Source of the DNA: Squalus acanthias
Lineage: Eukaryota
NCBI GenBank assembly: GCA_030390025.1
Contig: CM059438.1
Coordinates: 67,644,001-67,708,000 of the forward strand
Length of the DNA: 64,000 nt
Direction of reading: 5' to 3'
Positions 52,532 to 64,000 of this stretch are shown piece after piece. Numbering within the stretch: position 1 is the first letter of the stretch; each line of letters opens with the position of its first letter. Position numbers and translations under genes: made by a program. A model generated the notes under the pieces. That model searched no databases, was not told where the DNA came from, and saw only the letters and a list, made by a program, of their open reading frames with translations.

Positions 52532-54246
52532 TATTTTCTTTTAGCCATTGATTGTGTTTGCTTTCCTTTATAATAAAAAAAAAAATTGCAGTTGTATTTT
52601 CATCCCGAGTTCCCAAGCCATTATATTTTTGGTCTCCTAATCATCACTATACTGAAAAATGTAATTCTCCTCTTGCTTTTAATGTGTCTGTCTATATTTG
52701 CTGCACTCTACAATGTTCACTTAGCAAGGACTTTGCACAGACTGAATCCAAAAGAGCAGCTAGCTGAGAAAATTGACTCCTGGTGACTTCAATAAACTGC
52801 ATGGCAATTTTGATTTAATTTTCAATCGTTTACAAATATTGTTCACTGGAATACTTAGCATAATTCATGCTGTATAAGAATGCAATTTGTGAAATACGAT
52901 TTCGATCCCACTCATGACTTAGCTCTTGAGTTAGCAGGATAGCCTGTTTATGGGATATAAATCACATACCATGGTTCCTGGCGAGCCATCATGTGTTCAA
53001 TGCTCTCTAAATCAAGCCAAAGCTGATGTCAGATATCAGAGCTTTGAGTAACGTTGAGCACCGTTGAATCCTTGGCTCTCCTCTTGAACCTTCGCAAAAG
53101 TTCTCCGAGGGACGGATGTCGTCAGTTGTGCAGAACAGGTGGATCCTGCACAGTGGCAAAGGAGGATTGTGAATCACTTAGAACAGGGGTTCTCAGCTGG
53201 GGGCAAATGGAGCGATGAAGCAGAATGCCAAGAGTCGTGGCTAAGATGGAGGTGGGGTGCAACGTGCACGTGGTCCTCATGCTATAATGAGTCTCGCACT
53301 TTTAGTTTACGTTTTGCTTATAGCCTTCACATTTAGCTGTACATAAAACTGACTTCTTTAATGCAATACCAAATGTTTTTTTTTATTCCTTCTTGCTGCT
53401 GTTCTAATTTGAGTTTGTGTTTACAGGTACAGTGGGGACATGCACACAAAGCCAAATCATATTTCTAACATAATGTTATGAACCAAAGTACATCCCGCGA
53501 CAATGCACTTCCTTGTACATTAGATTGTGCCAAATTAGTGTCTACTCCAGCAGGCCACTGATAAATAGCCAGCCATATGCTTCTGGTTTGACTCAAATTT
53601 CGACGTTCTACTGAAACTGGGCAACATTCCCAAAGGTGCGGGTAAGTATATTGTTTTTCCATTACTTGTGAAAACGAGGAAATCGAATTTACCAGTAAAA
53701 CGCTATAAATCTCAATTTCGTTTCCTGTAGCAGTTCGGAGGTTGAACTTATTTACTTTCCATTTCTGTACCCATCAGTTTATTTATTTTTTAAAATATAG
53801 TTCGTCACGCAGACTTGCAGCTTGATGTTTTTCAGATTTGTATTGACAGATGCTGCATCATTTCAGACCAGTACCCTTATCAAATACACCCACCAAAACC
53901 ACAAAAAAATGAGTGCGGAGAATGTTATTTATGGTAGAGTCGCTGTTCTGCACTTAAGGTGAATACCAGCACCAAGCACAATGTAAGCTGACTCAGTCAA
54001 CTGTCAAGGTTGAGGTAAAAGTCACTTAGTGTAATATTTATTCATACAATTGCTAACTTATAGAATGGAGTTCAGTGAACGTGGATTTAGTATAAACATC
54101 AAAAAAAAGGATGAGCGAATGGAACTATTGACTGACTGGGTCCTGTAGACGAACCAAACTATAGGCCACAAGCCTTTTGTTTTTCCATCATTCTTGCTTG
54201 TTTTTCAAGAATGTGTTGCTATTTTTATTGATGGTCTCCAAAGGAA

Positions 54247-54329
54247 TGCGCGCACACACACACACGCACGCGCACGCGCACGCGCACACGCACACGCACA
54301 CGCACACGCACACGCACACACACACACAC
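54247..54329. repeat. Compound (CA)n/(GCACAC)n/(GCGCAC)n microsatellite
   Basis: Direct reading; alternating purine-pyrimidine. Confidence 0.95.
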
Positions 54330-55677
54330 TCCCATGTGCTCTGTCTAGAACTTGCTAATTTGATTTCTGCAGAAACCCCTGGTAATCCAGAACCTTGCTT
54401 GTGATAATGGTTTTAAATTGGGAAACTTTGAAGGAGATGAGTCTTGAGGGGTTTCTGGACCTTTTCAGAGTAAATCACATTTTCAGTGACTGAGTAGATT
54501 ACACCTTCTTTGCTCCCTATGACTGCATCAACACCTCTTCTCTAGTGGTTATAGGTTTGCCAACTTCCAGACAGATTTCTCATGCAATCTGTTAGAAACA
54601 GTAAGCGGGACAAAGATTTGATTAAAACTTGGGACATGCTGGTGAAAGGCAGTAGCTTTAAGCAAGGAGTAACGCAAGGTGATGAGTCTTTATCGCGTTG
54701 TCTGTCTACAGATAAGGCTCATGAGAAGCGACTGTGACCTCAGGATATTCACTGGTATGATCACTAGCTGAGTATTGGTAGGAAATAGAAGGTGAATGAT
54801 GTAAGTGAATTGTAAATTATTACTAATACCGCTACACTTTACTTCTTGGGGCAGAATGTCAAAGTAAAATTAGATTGAGAGACAGAAATGTCTGTCAAGG
54901 TGACTGTTTTGGCATTATTCCTCATGAGCATTTCTAAAGTGTCTCAAGATATCTGACAGGTTCCAAATGTCTTCCCTTGAATATGGTTGACCTTGTACAG
55001 TATATTGCACAGGCATTTTAATGCAGTTTGCTAAATTCATTGCATAATATCTTTTGTGTTATTTTCTTCTGTTGCACCTGTTTTAAGGTTCATTAAAATT
55101 CAACATTGAATAATAAAGGAATAGATTTACTCAAGATTAAAGCTTACAAGCGGAAAAAAACAGCAGCTCTCTCGTAGCTTGCGGCCTCCATCTTGAAGGC
55201 TGACTCCTAGTCCGTTTTGGATCTAAGTAATTGATTATCTATTTGCAATATTGGCACAGCAGTTAGAGGTATTAAGGAAATATTTTTAAATTCTCAGACT
55301 CAAACTGATGCATCATGACATACTCTTGGGCACTGAGTGCTGGAACCCTGTGCTCTCATTTCGAGGACCTTTGTTTCAATCCTATCCAGACTGATGTGGT
55401 GAAAGTCTCCTCTTCCTGACGGCTCCAGCTCCAGGTATCCACAGTAAGAATCAGTTTTGAACAGTTTCAACCAATTGATTCAATCCCACGGCAAAAGTCT
55501 GCCTGCAATTCCGCATGGACATGACATCTTAAGTCGGTGGGAGAATATTCCATTGTATTTGCACTCAAATTGTAAATGCACGTGTAAAAATGTGTTTACA
55601 ATTTCAGTACCAGTAGCAAAATGAGAAAGAGAAAGAAATAAAAGATATATTCTGAATTTTGAGGTGTCATTGGCCTC

Positions 55678-56555
55678 CATAGAATGATAAAGCATAGGAG
55701 GAGGCCATTCGGCCCATCATACCTGCGCTGGCTCTTTAGAGCGAACCAAATAATCCCACACCTCTACTCTTTCCCCATAGCCCTGTAAATTTTATCCCTT
55801 CCAGTATTTATCGAATTCTCTTTTGAATGTTACTATTCAATCTGCTTCCACCACCCTTTCAGGCAGTGTGTTACTCGCTGTGTTTAAATAAAAATGTTTC
55901 CTCATGTGGCCTCTGGTTCTTTTGCCAATCACCTTAATACTGTGTCCTCTGATTACTGACCCGTCTGTCACTGGAAGCAGTTTCTCCTTATTTACTCTAT
56001 CAAAACTGTTGATGATTTTGAACATCTCGATCAAATCTCCTCTTAACCTCCTCTGCTCTAAGGAGAACAATCCCAGATTCTCCAGTCTCTTCACATAACT
56101 GAAGTCCCTCATCCCTGGTACCATTCTAGTAAATCTCCTCTGCACCCTCTCGAAGGCCTTGCCATCCTTCCTAAAGTGCGGTGCCCAGAATTGAACGCAA
56201 TACTCTAGCTAGGGCCTAACCAGTGTTTTAGAAAGGTTGAGCATAACTTCCTTGCTTTTGTGCTCTATTCCTCTATTAATAAAGCCAAGGATCCCATACG
56301 CTTTTTTCACAGCCTTCCCAACTCGTCCTGCCACCTTCAAAGATTTTGTGTACATACACCCCCAGGTATCTCTGTTCCTGCAACCCATTTAAAATTGTAC
56401 CATTTAATTTATATTGCCTCTCCTCATTCTCTTACCAAAATGTATCACTTCACACTTCTCTACACTAAATTTCATCTGCCATGTGTTGGCCCATTTCACC
56501 AGTCTGTCTGTGTCCTCCTGAAGACTCTTGCTATCCTCCTCATTGTTTACTACAG
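55678..56555 (-). mobile_element. CR1-type LINE 3' part
   Basis: ORFs 55837-56145 and 56404-56616 (LQEDTDRLVKWANTWQMKFSVEKCEVIHFG). Confidence 0.92.
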
Positions 56556-57269
56556 GTGCCATTGGCCTCCAATACTCACTCTGGTGATCCAATCCCATTA
56601 CAAAGCTCAGTCTCACTGGGTCTCCTCATCAACACAGTTGCACTGCGGGCGAGATAATTTTTTTTTAACTTTCACGGCAGTGTCTGCCAACTTTGGGTTT
56701 AAATTATGATTCATTCATCTGATGTGTTACATGGCAAAAATTAGCAGGAACTGATTTAGAAATTCTTGCAATGCAGCTGAGAATCTAATTTATATCAATG
56801 AAAGTAGCACCAATGGCTAAATCCAGAATAATATAATAGCATAATCCATTGAATGCTCAAGTATTCATTATTAAATCGTTACTTTCATAATGTTAGCAAT
56901 ATAATTCATTTCATGTGGCTGCAATAGTAGTAATAAATTCTGCATGTTTTTAATTATAGCTTTATTAGACACTTATTCCGTTTTTACCCTTTTTGCTATT
57001 TTTGTAGAATGTGCTGCATGTATTTTCAATCATTTGTTTAAAATAAGATAATTATGTATGAAAATATTATTGAAAACCTATTGTAATACTGCAGTTGACC
57101 TGGGTTAGAACAAGCTATTATTGCTAATCTTTAGATTTTTATCATGATTCTTAATCTTTGATTAGATGTGTTCTTGATTTAAATGAGCTGCTTTATTATT
57201 TTATATTATTCTGCAATAGGTAGGGGCTATATTTTGCTCTGTTTGTTAAACGGGAAAAAGTTGACAGTG

Positions 57270-58000
57270 GTCGGAGGCTTCCGGCAGGGAAATGCCTCCG
57301 ATCCGCAAATAAAATGTCCGCCTACCTGGTGGTCCGGGAGGTACGGAGACTCGCGGCCCTGGGCCTCTCGGGTACCCGCGGGTAGAGGCCCACGTATCTC
57401 GGGGGCGCAGGCGGGTGCGCGAGTGCCCCTGGGATCATGTGGGCTGACCCAATGAATGACAGAAGGGAATCCCCATTCATGTTTATGGGGATTCTGTGTG
57501 TACAGAAACCCCATAAGCATGAATGGGGATCACACAAAAATACACATGCACTTCAAATAAATTTAAAAAATCACATATTTAAAATTAATTCAATTGGCAT
57601 TGAATTAAGAACAAATCGTAAATTTATTTTTCAAAAAAATTAAAATGTTTTGAAGGGGCTAAAAATAAACTTACCTTATTTCACAGAGTTTTAAATGTAT
57701 AAATTAGTGATAAAATTTGATTCTGTTTTTTAAAACTCTTATGCTGGTAAAAGCAAGCCTTATGCCTGCTTTTACCAGGCGTAGGAATTTCACAGGCATT
57801 CGCTAGGCAGAAGTTCGACAAATAGCCCAACTCTCCGCCCGCGGATGCCCTTTTCCCGGGGATGTGGATCATCTGTCAAGAAAATTCTTGACAGAGCGCA
57901 AGTTCTGGGTTTTCGCGCATGTGCAGCGCATGCCTAAATCCAGAACTTGCACGGCCCTTACGGGCGTGCCCGCACCCGTAGGGGCCGCAAATTAAGGTCC
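57270..58000. mobile_element. MITE (family B relative)
   Basis: Colinear with 19860-20729 and 46376-47126; left end unclear. Confidence 0.8.
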
Positions 58001-58184
58001 ATAGTCCTGTTGTATTTTTAGTCAGTTTGGTGGCTGTCACAGGGAAACCCCTCACCATACTGAAGTCTCCATTTCAAGCTGTTGAGAAATCGACAGCTGT
58101 GTGAAGGATTTCTGTTTGGCCAATATAAACTGAGCACCATCTTCACCCGAAGGAACACATCCCTCTTGCATGGCATAGCTGAGT

Positions 58185-58730
58185 CTTCCATTCCATTCCC
58201 TTCCTCAACTTCTCTCTCTCCCCATCTCTGGGGATTGGTTTTCCATTGAAATCTATTGCAAGCCCACCCAATCGTATAACCACCTGAATGATGCTGCTTT
58301 CAACCTTACTGCACCTAAGGACTCCATTATCCCAGTTTCTCTGTCTCCATTGCATTTGCTCTAATAATGCCATCTTCTACAACAGAGCTTCCAAAATGGA
58401 TTCCCACCACCATAGTAGACAGGACCGTTGGCTGGGTCTGTCCCTGTTCCCATGTTATTGCACTCATTTACCCCACCCCTCAGCACCATGATGGGGTCCC
58501 CCTTTTCTTCACCTTCCACCTCATCAGTCTCCGCATTCAACAGATCCTCTTCTGCCGCCTCCGGCATCACCCAACCTCGCCCACATCTTCCCCTACCCTT
58601 CTCTCCGCTTTCCGAAGGGGATTGTTCCTGCCATGATGCCGGTGGTTTGCTATTCCATCACCTATACAACCTGCTCTCCTTCCCCGGCACCTTCCCATGC
58701 AAGCACAGAAGATGCAACACCACCTGCCTC
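58185..58730 (+). pseudogene. Penelope-like element RT thumb/linker relic (possibly Neptune clade)
   Basis: Degenerate PFL..IYCKPT, PLSQFLCLHCICS..F..RASKM, VPLFFTFH..SLRIQQI and PGTFPCKHRRCNT. Confidence 0.75.
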
Positions 58731-59394
58731 TAAACATAAGAGTACTGTGGTTTGAAACAGGCTGATTAGGCCCATAGACATTGCTTCCCGCAATACATGT
58801 GCTTTGCCTTCGTAGCATGTATAATATTATTTGCATAGCCGTACAATTCTTTCTTGCTGAATCTTTGCTAACCTTTTTCTCTATCCTATACTGCTACTAT
58901 ACAGTCATATTCATGCCTTACTTTTATGCTGTTCAACTCATGCAACTTCTGCCAGGGCTTCAGCCAGTTTTGCGAGTATTTGATGCTACATTGATTATTT
59001 GTGTGAAATTCCGATACATTTTTGATCTCCTTCACCTAGTTGGTGACCATCATCCCCCACTGGAAATCTGCTCACTTTTCTTTCATTATAGAGCACCTGG
59101 TACAGTAATAAAATGTGGACTCTAACTTTGGACTGCCAGGACACAGTAGCTAAATTCTGGATGAACCTAGAAAACTCATCTTACGATGAATTATTTTGAT
59201 CCGCTGGGAATAATCATGCGAGTACCTCCATCGCAGACATGCTGTGCCATTCTGGCGAAAGTAGCGTGCAAGAATTTGAAAAGCTATGTCAGATGATAAT
59301 GGCGAAGAACTGGAAATACAACAGATCTTAATTCCTTGTGCTTGTTTCAAGCTGAAAGAGGTTGCATTTATATATTGCCTTTCATGTCCAAAGG

Positions 59395-59843
59395 ACATGC
59401 CTGGTTTGGGGGGGAGGTCTTATGAGGAAAGATCGAGGGAGCTAGGGCTTTTCTCTTTAGAGCGGAGGAGGATGAGAGGCGACTTAATAGAGGTTTATAA
59501 GATGATGAGGGGGATAGATAGAGTGGATGTTCAGAGACTATTTCCTCGGGTGGATGTAGCTGTTACAAGGGAGCATAACTATAAGGTGCATGGGGGGAGA
59601 TATAGAAGGGATGTCCGAGGTAGATTCTTTACTCAGAGAGTGGTTGGGGTGTGGAATGGACTGCCTGCTGTGATAGTGGAGTCGGACACTTTAGGAACTT
59701 TCAAGCGGTTACTGGATAAGCACATGGAGCACACCAGAATGATAGGGAGTGGGATAGCTTGATCTTGGTTTCGGACAATGCTCGGCACAACATCGAGGGC
59801 CAAAGGGCCTGTACTGTGCTGTACTGTTCTATGTTCTATGTTC
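59395..59843 (+). mobile_element. CR1-type LINE 3' end
   Basis: ORF 59286-59762 from MPGL onward; (TGTTCTA)n tail. Confidence 0.9.
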
Positions 59844-60719
59844 AAAGTGCTTCAGAGGCAATAAAGCTAAATTATCGAAAGGTGATGGGCAGGAAAATGG
59901 TATCCTGGACAAGGGTGGCTTTATTTCAATTATTTCCAATGACCGATCAATGAACCAGTACAAATTGCCTGTGCTGTTGCTTCAGTTTGAAAGAAGGGAA
60001 AAGTCTATTTGTTAATTTTTGGACTGCATTAATTTTGGACATGAATCCACTGAACGTGTTTTCCCCCCTAAATATATACGATTAATGTTGCATTCATATT
60101 AACTTGAATTGAAATATTAGACATATCATACAAAGATCTTTAGATACTCTTACCAAGGAACTGTCCTCACTCCTATAATTTTGTACAGTAATGTAGTCTA
60201 TTATTTCCCATAAGTAATTTAAAATATGAATTTAGAGATGCTCAAAATTGAATAGAAACTGTTTCTATTATAGAAAATGAAAAAAAGATTGAATGGTGTT
60301 TGGAGTCCTTGGATGCAGCACGCAGAATCAATATTCAATCGAATGATCATCTAATCTCGTCAGAGTTGCTATTGGATTACTTTGTATTAATGAGCTGTTC
60401 CAGTATTCTCCAGCTCTTCATTGTTGAAGATGAAGTGACAGGAGCTGTAATGCCTCAGCTTATCAAGAGCTTCGCATGTTGTTGAAGAGTAGATTGGCTT
60501 GGCATTGAGTGACCACAATCTAGTGCTGTGTTTGTTCATCAAACAGTTGATGGCGAGGTGAATTTAAATAAAATGTCACTCAAACGTTGGGAAAGGGCGT
60601 TGCGTCTGAGTGCAGTATGTTTCGGCGGAATGTCTAAGCTGGAATCGCCATGTCCCAAGTGGAGGTGACAGAAAGAACTGACCAGTTACTCACTGTATTT
60701 ATAACGCAGTACGAACTGT

Positions 60720-61150
60720 TAGCTTGGCTTAGTGGCGGCATTCTTGCCAATGAGTCAGAGGTTTTGGGTTCAAGCATCACTCCTCCTGGACTGGCGCACA
60801 TAATCTAGGCTGACAGTTCAGTACAGTACCGAGGGACTTCTGCACTATCGGAGGTGCCATCTTTCAGATAAGGCTTTAAACTGAGGCCCTGTCTGCCTGC
60901 TCAGATGTAAAAGATCCTTTGGCACTATTGAAACAAGGGAGGGCATTTCTCCTGGGGTCCTGGGTAACATCTATCCCTCAGGCAATACCATCAAAAATGT
61001 AAAATCCGGTCATTCATTCATTTGCTGTTTTATGGAACCATGCTTTGCAGAAATAGACTAATGGATTTGCCTGCTTGTTAGCAGTGACTACGCTTCAAAG
61101 GTAGTTCATTGACTGTGAAATGTTTTGGGACATCCTGAGGGTGTGAAAAT
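60720..61150 (+). mobile_element. Diverged full-length tRNA-headed Deu-domain SINE
   Basis: tggcttagtgg...gggttcaag head, Deu core and 3' end ttgggacatcctgagg. Confidence 0.8.
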
Positions 61151-62453
61151 TCTATCTATCCAAGGAGAGTGTTGCAATTTAGGATCGGTTTAGTCAAAAT
61201 CATTTTGTTTGTTTCATTCCAAGCCCATTGTACACACTTGGATTGATTTGTGTAAATAGAAATGTCCAGGCTACTTTGAGATGGTATTTTATCAATTGTG
61301 CAATGTATTAGAGATGAAGGTTTTTAAAGTGGATTTTGTAAAATATATACATCAACTATCTATACTTGCATATCTATAATAGATTAAAAACCTCTGCACA
61401 CTTCCGGTTATGTTTTTCCTAAGTCCACATTTCTACCAGAAATGCCTGTGTAATCTGGTCACACTGTACTTGCACCCTTTGCCAGTGGTGGTGCTGAAGC
61501 CCCTCAGTTTTGTTTCTCCCAGTCCCTCAGCCTGTCCGACAGAGAAATGTCAATGCTTCAACCACTTCCTCTTCTCTGCTTCCCAAATTGCTGCATCTTT
61601 TTGCTATTTAGCTATAAATAATGCAAATTCAAGTTATTATATATAAATATAAATCATAAGGACAGAATGGATGATTTCAACATGGCAACCGAGTTACATC
61701 CCTGTGCCCTGATCCAGTTAACCCCCCTGCTTCATCTGAAGTCTACTCTTGATTTTGACGCACTCGGTAACGCCCACTTCACCTGAAAACATTTAACCGT
61801 GGAGAGTTGATGTATAAAAGGCTTCAGTCGGGTACATCGATACCACACTTCAAACTCTCAATTATTTTAAAACCGAAACAAACGCAGTCATAACATGCTG
61901 TGTCAGTCTGAGCTGCAGTCTGAAACTTCCGAGCAAACTACAAACTTCCCTCACCAACAATTTAAAATCTGAGCAGAGAAATTGGAGCACCTATTTTGGG
62001 AGGAATTCAATGCAATTTGCGTCTTTCTTGCTCATTCCCAATAAAATCTTTTATACTAAAACTCAGAACAATACCATCTTGCCATTTCCATTTACCATTT
62101 TAGTTTTTCTATGAATAGACTGTGCCAGATAACATGCACATCTTAACCACATTACCCTTACTTCCCGTATCATGATTTTTGAGTAACATTTTTGTGGTCA
62201 ACATTTATAATGGGGAAAAAAAGCAAATGTGGCGATCTTATGCCAACATTTATTAAAGGGAAAACTATATGTTAAAATTTTGCCATCACTTTGTTAAATG
62301 GAATCACAGAAAATGGTTTTTGAAAAAAAATCATCTCAGTAACTGAAATTTCTAATGTCCAAAATAAGGCTATAAACAAAATGAAAAAAAAAAAAAATGA
62401 ATGGCATGTTTCACAATAACATAGTTACATTTGAACATTGCGTTATATTTTAT

Positions 62454-64000
62454 GGGGGAGAAATTCAGTATCGCCCCAGTTTGGGGCGCGATTATCGGCC
62501 GGGCGCAAAGTTTAGCGCCTGGTGCTAATTATCACCTCCGACTGCAAACTTGGCTTTTATCGCCCCTGGAGGTGATTGGAGTGCTAAATCAGGCGCTGCA
62601 CACTTGTCTTAAGGTGCAAAGGCCGAGGAGCGAGGTGCTAACTCAGAGCACGGGCGCAGCGCAGGTGATGTCAGTTAGCGATGGAACACAGACACACTGG
62701 CGCCGGCCAGTTCTTAAAGGGCAGGGTCGGTCTTGCTCTCCAGCGACACCCTGCTCATTGGAGCCTTGAATCTCGGCCTGGAGAGACCTGTGACTACATT
62801 TTCCAGCCAAGGACTATGGAGAGGGTGAGAGAACGAGCTCAGCACTTCAGCGAGCGGGCCTTGGAAGTTCTGGTTGGCACGGTGGAGCGCAGAAGATCTA
62901 TACTCTACCCTGAGAGTGGCAGAAGGCCTTTGCCGCGCGACTACAGAAGAGTGTGGAGGGAGGGGGCTCAGCACGTCTCCTCCAGGAGCATGGTGCCCAG
63001 GACCCATACTCAATGTCGCAAAAAGCCCAACGACCTCACTCGGGTCGTCAGGGTGAGTGGCTTTTTTTCATTACCTCTCCATCCCTCCATCTCAACCTCA
63101 CTCTATGGCCAGAGGGTCTTAAAACCCCAATGCCCAACACTCATCCAACACCTATGGCCCTCATGAAACACACACGCACATTCCACACTTTGCATACAGT
63201 AAGGGCTATTCAACTATGGGAGGCACATCAGGCAAGACCATGGCTGTATATTTACTCAGACGCCGTCCTTTTTCTTGCAGGCCAAGCTATCTCATAATAG
63301 GAGACAGCAGCAACGGACGGGTGGAGGGTGGCCTCAGCTGCAACCCCTCAGTGATCTTGAGGTGCGCGTCCACAGGATTGTGGCAAGCCAGGGGATCGGT
63401 CCCGTCGCCCCTGGAGAGGCCGACCCCGTTCGGGACAGCAATGGTAAACTTTCTCTCCTCTCTCATTCCACTTGAACCTCACAATGCCAGCCTTTGACAC
63501 TTTCAATCCAACTTACTAAATCGCTGCACTCATTCCTCCCTTACTGCCCCCCTGTCCTGACGCTAAAGCCACTCTTGTACCTCCCTGCTTTCAGATGGTG
63601 ATTCACCAGCTGAGGAGACGGGCCCTGAAGCTGCCAGTGGGAGCGAAGCCGCAGGTGAGGAGGAAGAGGAAGCCGGAGCATCAGCACCACCCTCTCCCGA
63701 GGAAGCCCATGCCCACACTGGGACCACGTCTTCCCTGGAGGGGAGCAGAGGGGAAGGGTCTGATGAGGGTGAAGCTCCGGGACCCAGCGGGCTGCAGCAA
63801 CGCGATGTGGCTCGGGAAGCTCAGGGGCCTTCTCCCCAGAGGGAGAGTAGGCCAGCGAGTCCTGCTGCACTGGACGCAGAGGAGGAGCGGCTCATCGCTG
63901 AAATGAACACCCAGGCGGTGGACATGCACACTCAGCTCATGGGTGCAGTGGGAAGGGTGCCCGAATGCATTGATGCACTGGCAAGGAGTGTGGAGCACTT
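62454..64000 (+). mobile_element. Harbinger element (family D-like TIR), runs off the window
   Basis: TIR-like GGGGGAGAAATTCAGTATC, GCGCC subterminal motifs, followed by a Myb/SANT gene. Confidence 0.85.
62816..64000 (+). CDS. Harbinger Myb/SANT-like DNA-binding protein (NAIF1/MSANTD-like), spliced, 3'-partial
   Basis: Exons 62816-63052, 63281-63443 and 63595->64000 with GT-AG introns (phases 0 and 1); frame open throughout: FSERALEVLV..W...QCRKK.NDL | AKLSHNRRQQQRTGGG | acidic region. Confidence 0.82.

Noticed and set aside
53427..53641. AG...GTAAGT-bounded plus-strand segment
   Set aside because: Stops in all three frames

Overview
Eukaryotic, repeat-dense vertebrate DNA, most likely a cartilaginous fish (shark), judged from CR1/HER1-type LINE tails, SacSINE1-like Deu-domain SINEs and Penelope termini. 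I recognise no host protein-coding exon; the window reads as intronic or intergenic. It is dominated by four groups. (1) Many 5'-truncated CR1 LINEs and two RTE LINE copies. (2) A PIF/Harbinger system at every stage of decay: a broken HARBI1-like transposase, two internally deleted elements keeping the 5' ends of both genes, about ten MITEs, and at the right edge a still-open three-exon Myb/SANT partner gene. (3) Penelope-like elements, including two short TSD-flanked palindromic insertions and a third terminus that carry minimal hammerhead-ribozyme motifs. (4) A probable 1.6 kb solo LTR. The most notable structures are the palindromic hammerhead cassettes, the open spliced Myb gene, an RTE copy with twin-priming geometry, and MITE subterminal hairpins whose sequence changes while pairing is kept. 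Family names come from motif recognition, not database searches, and boundaries of old repeats are approximate.
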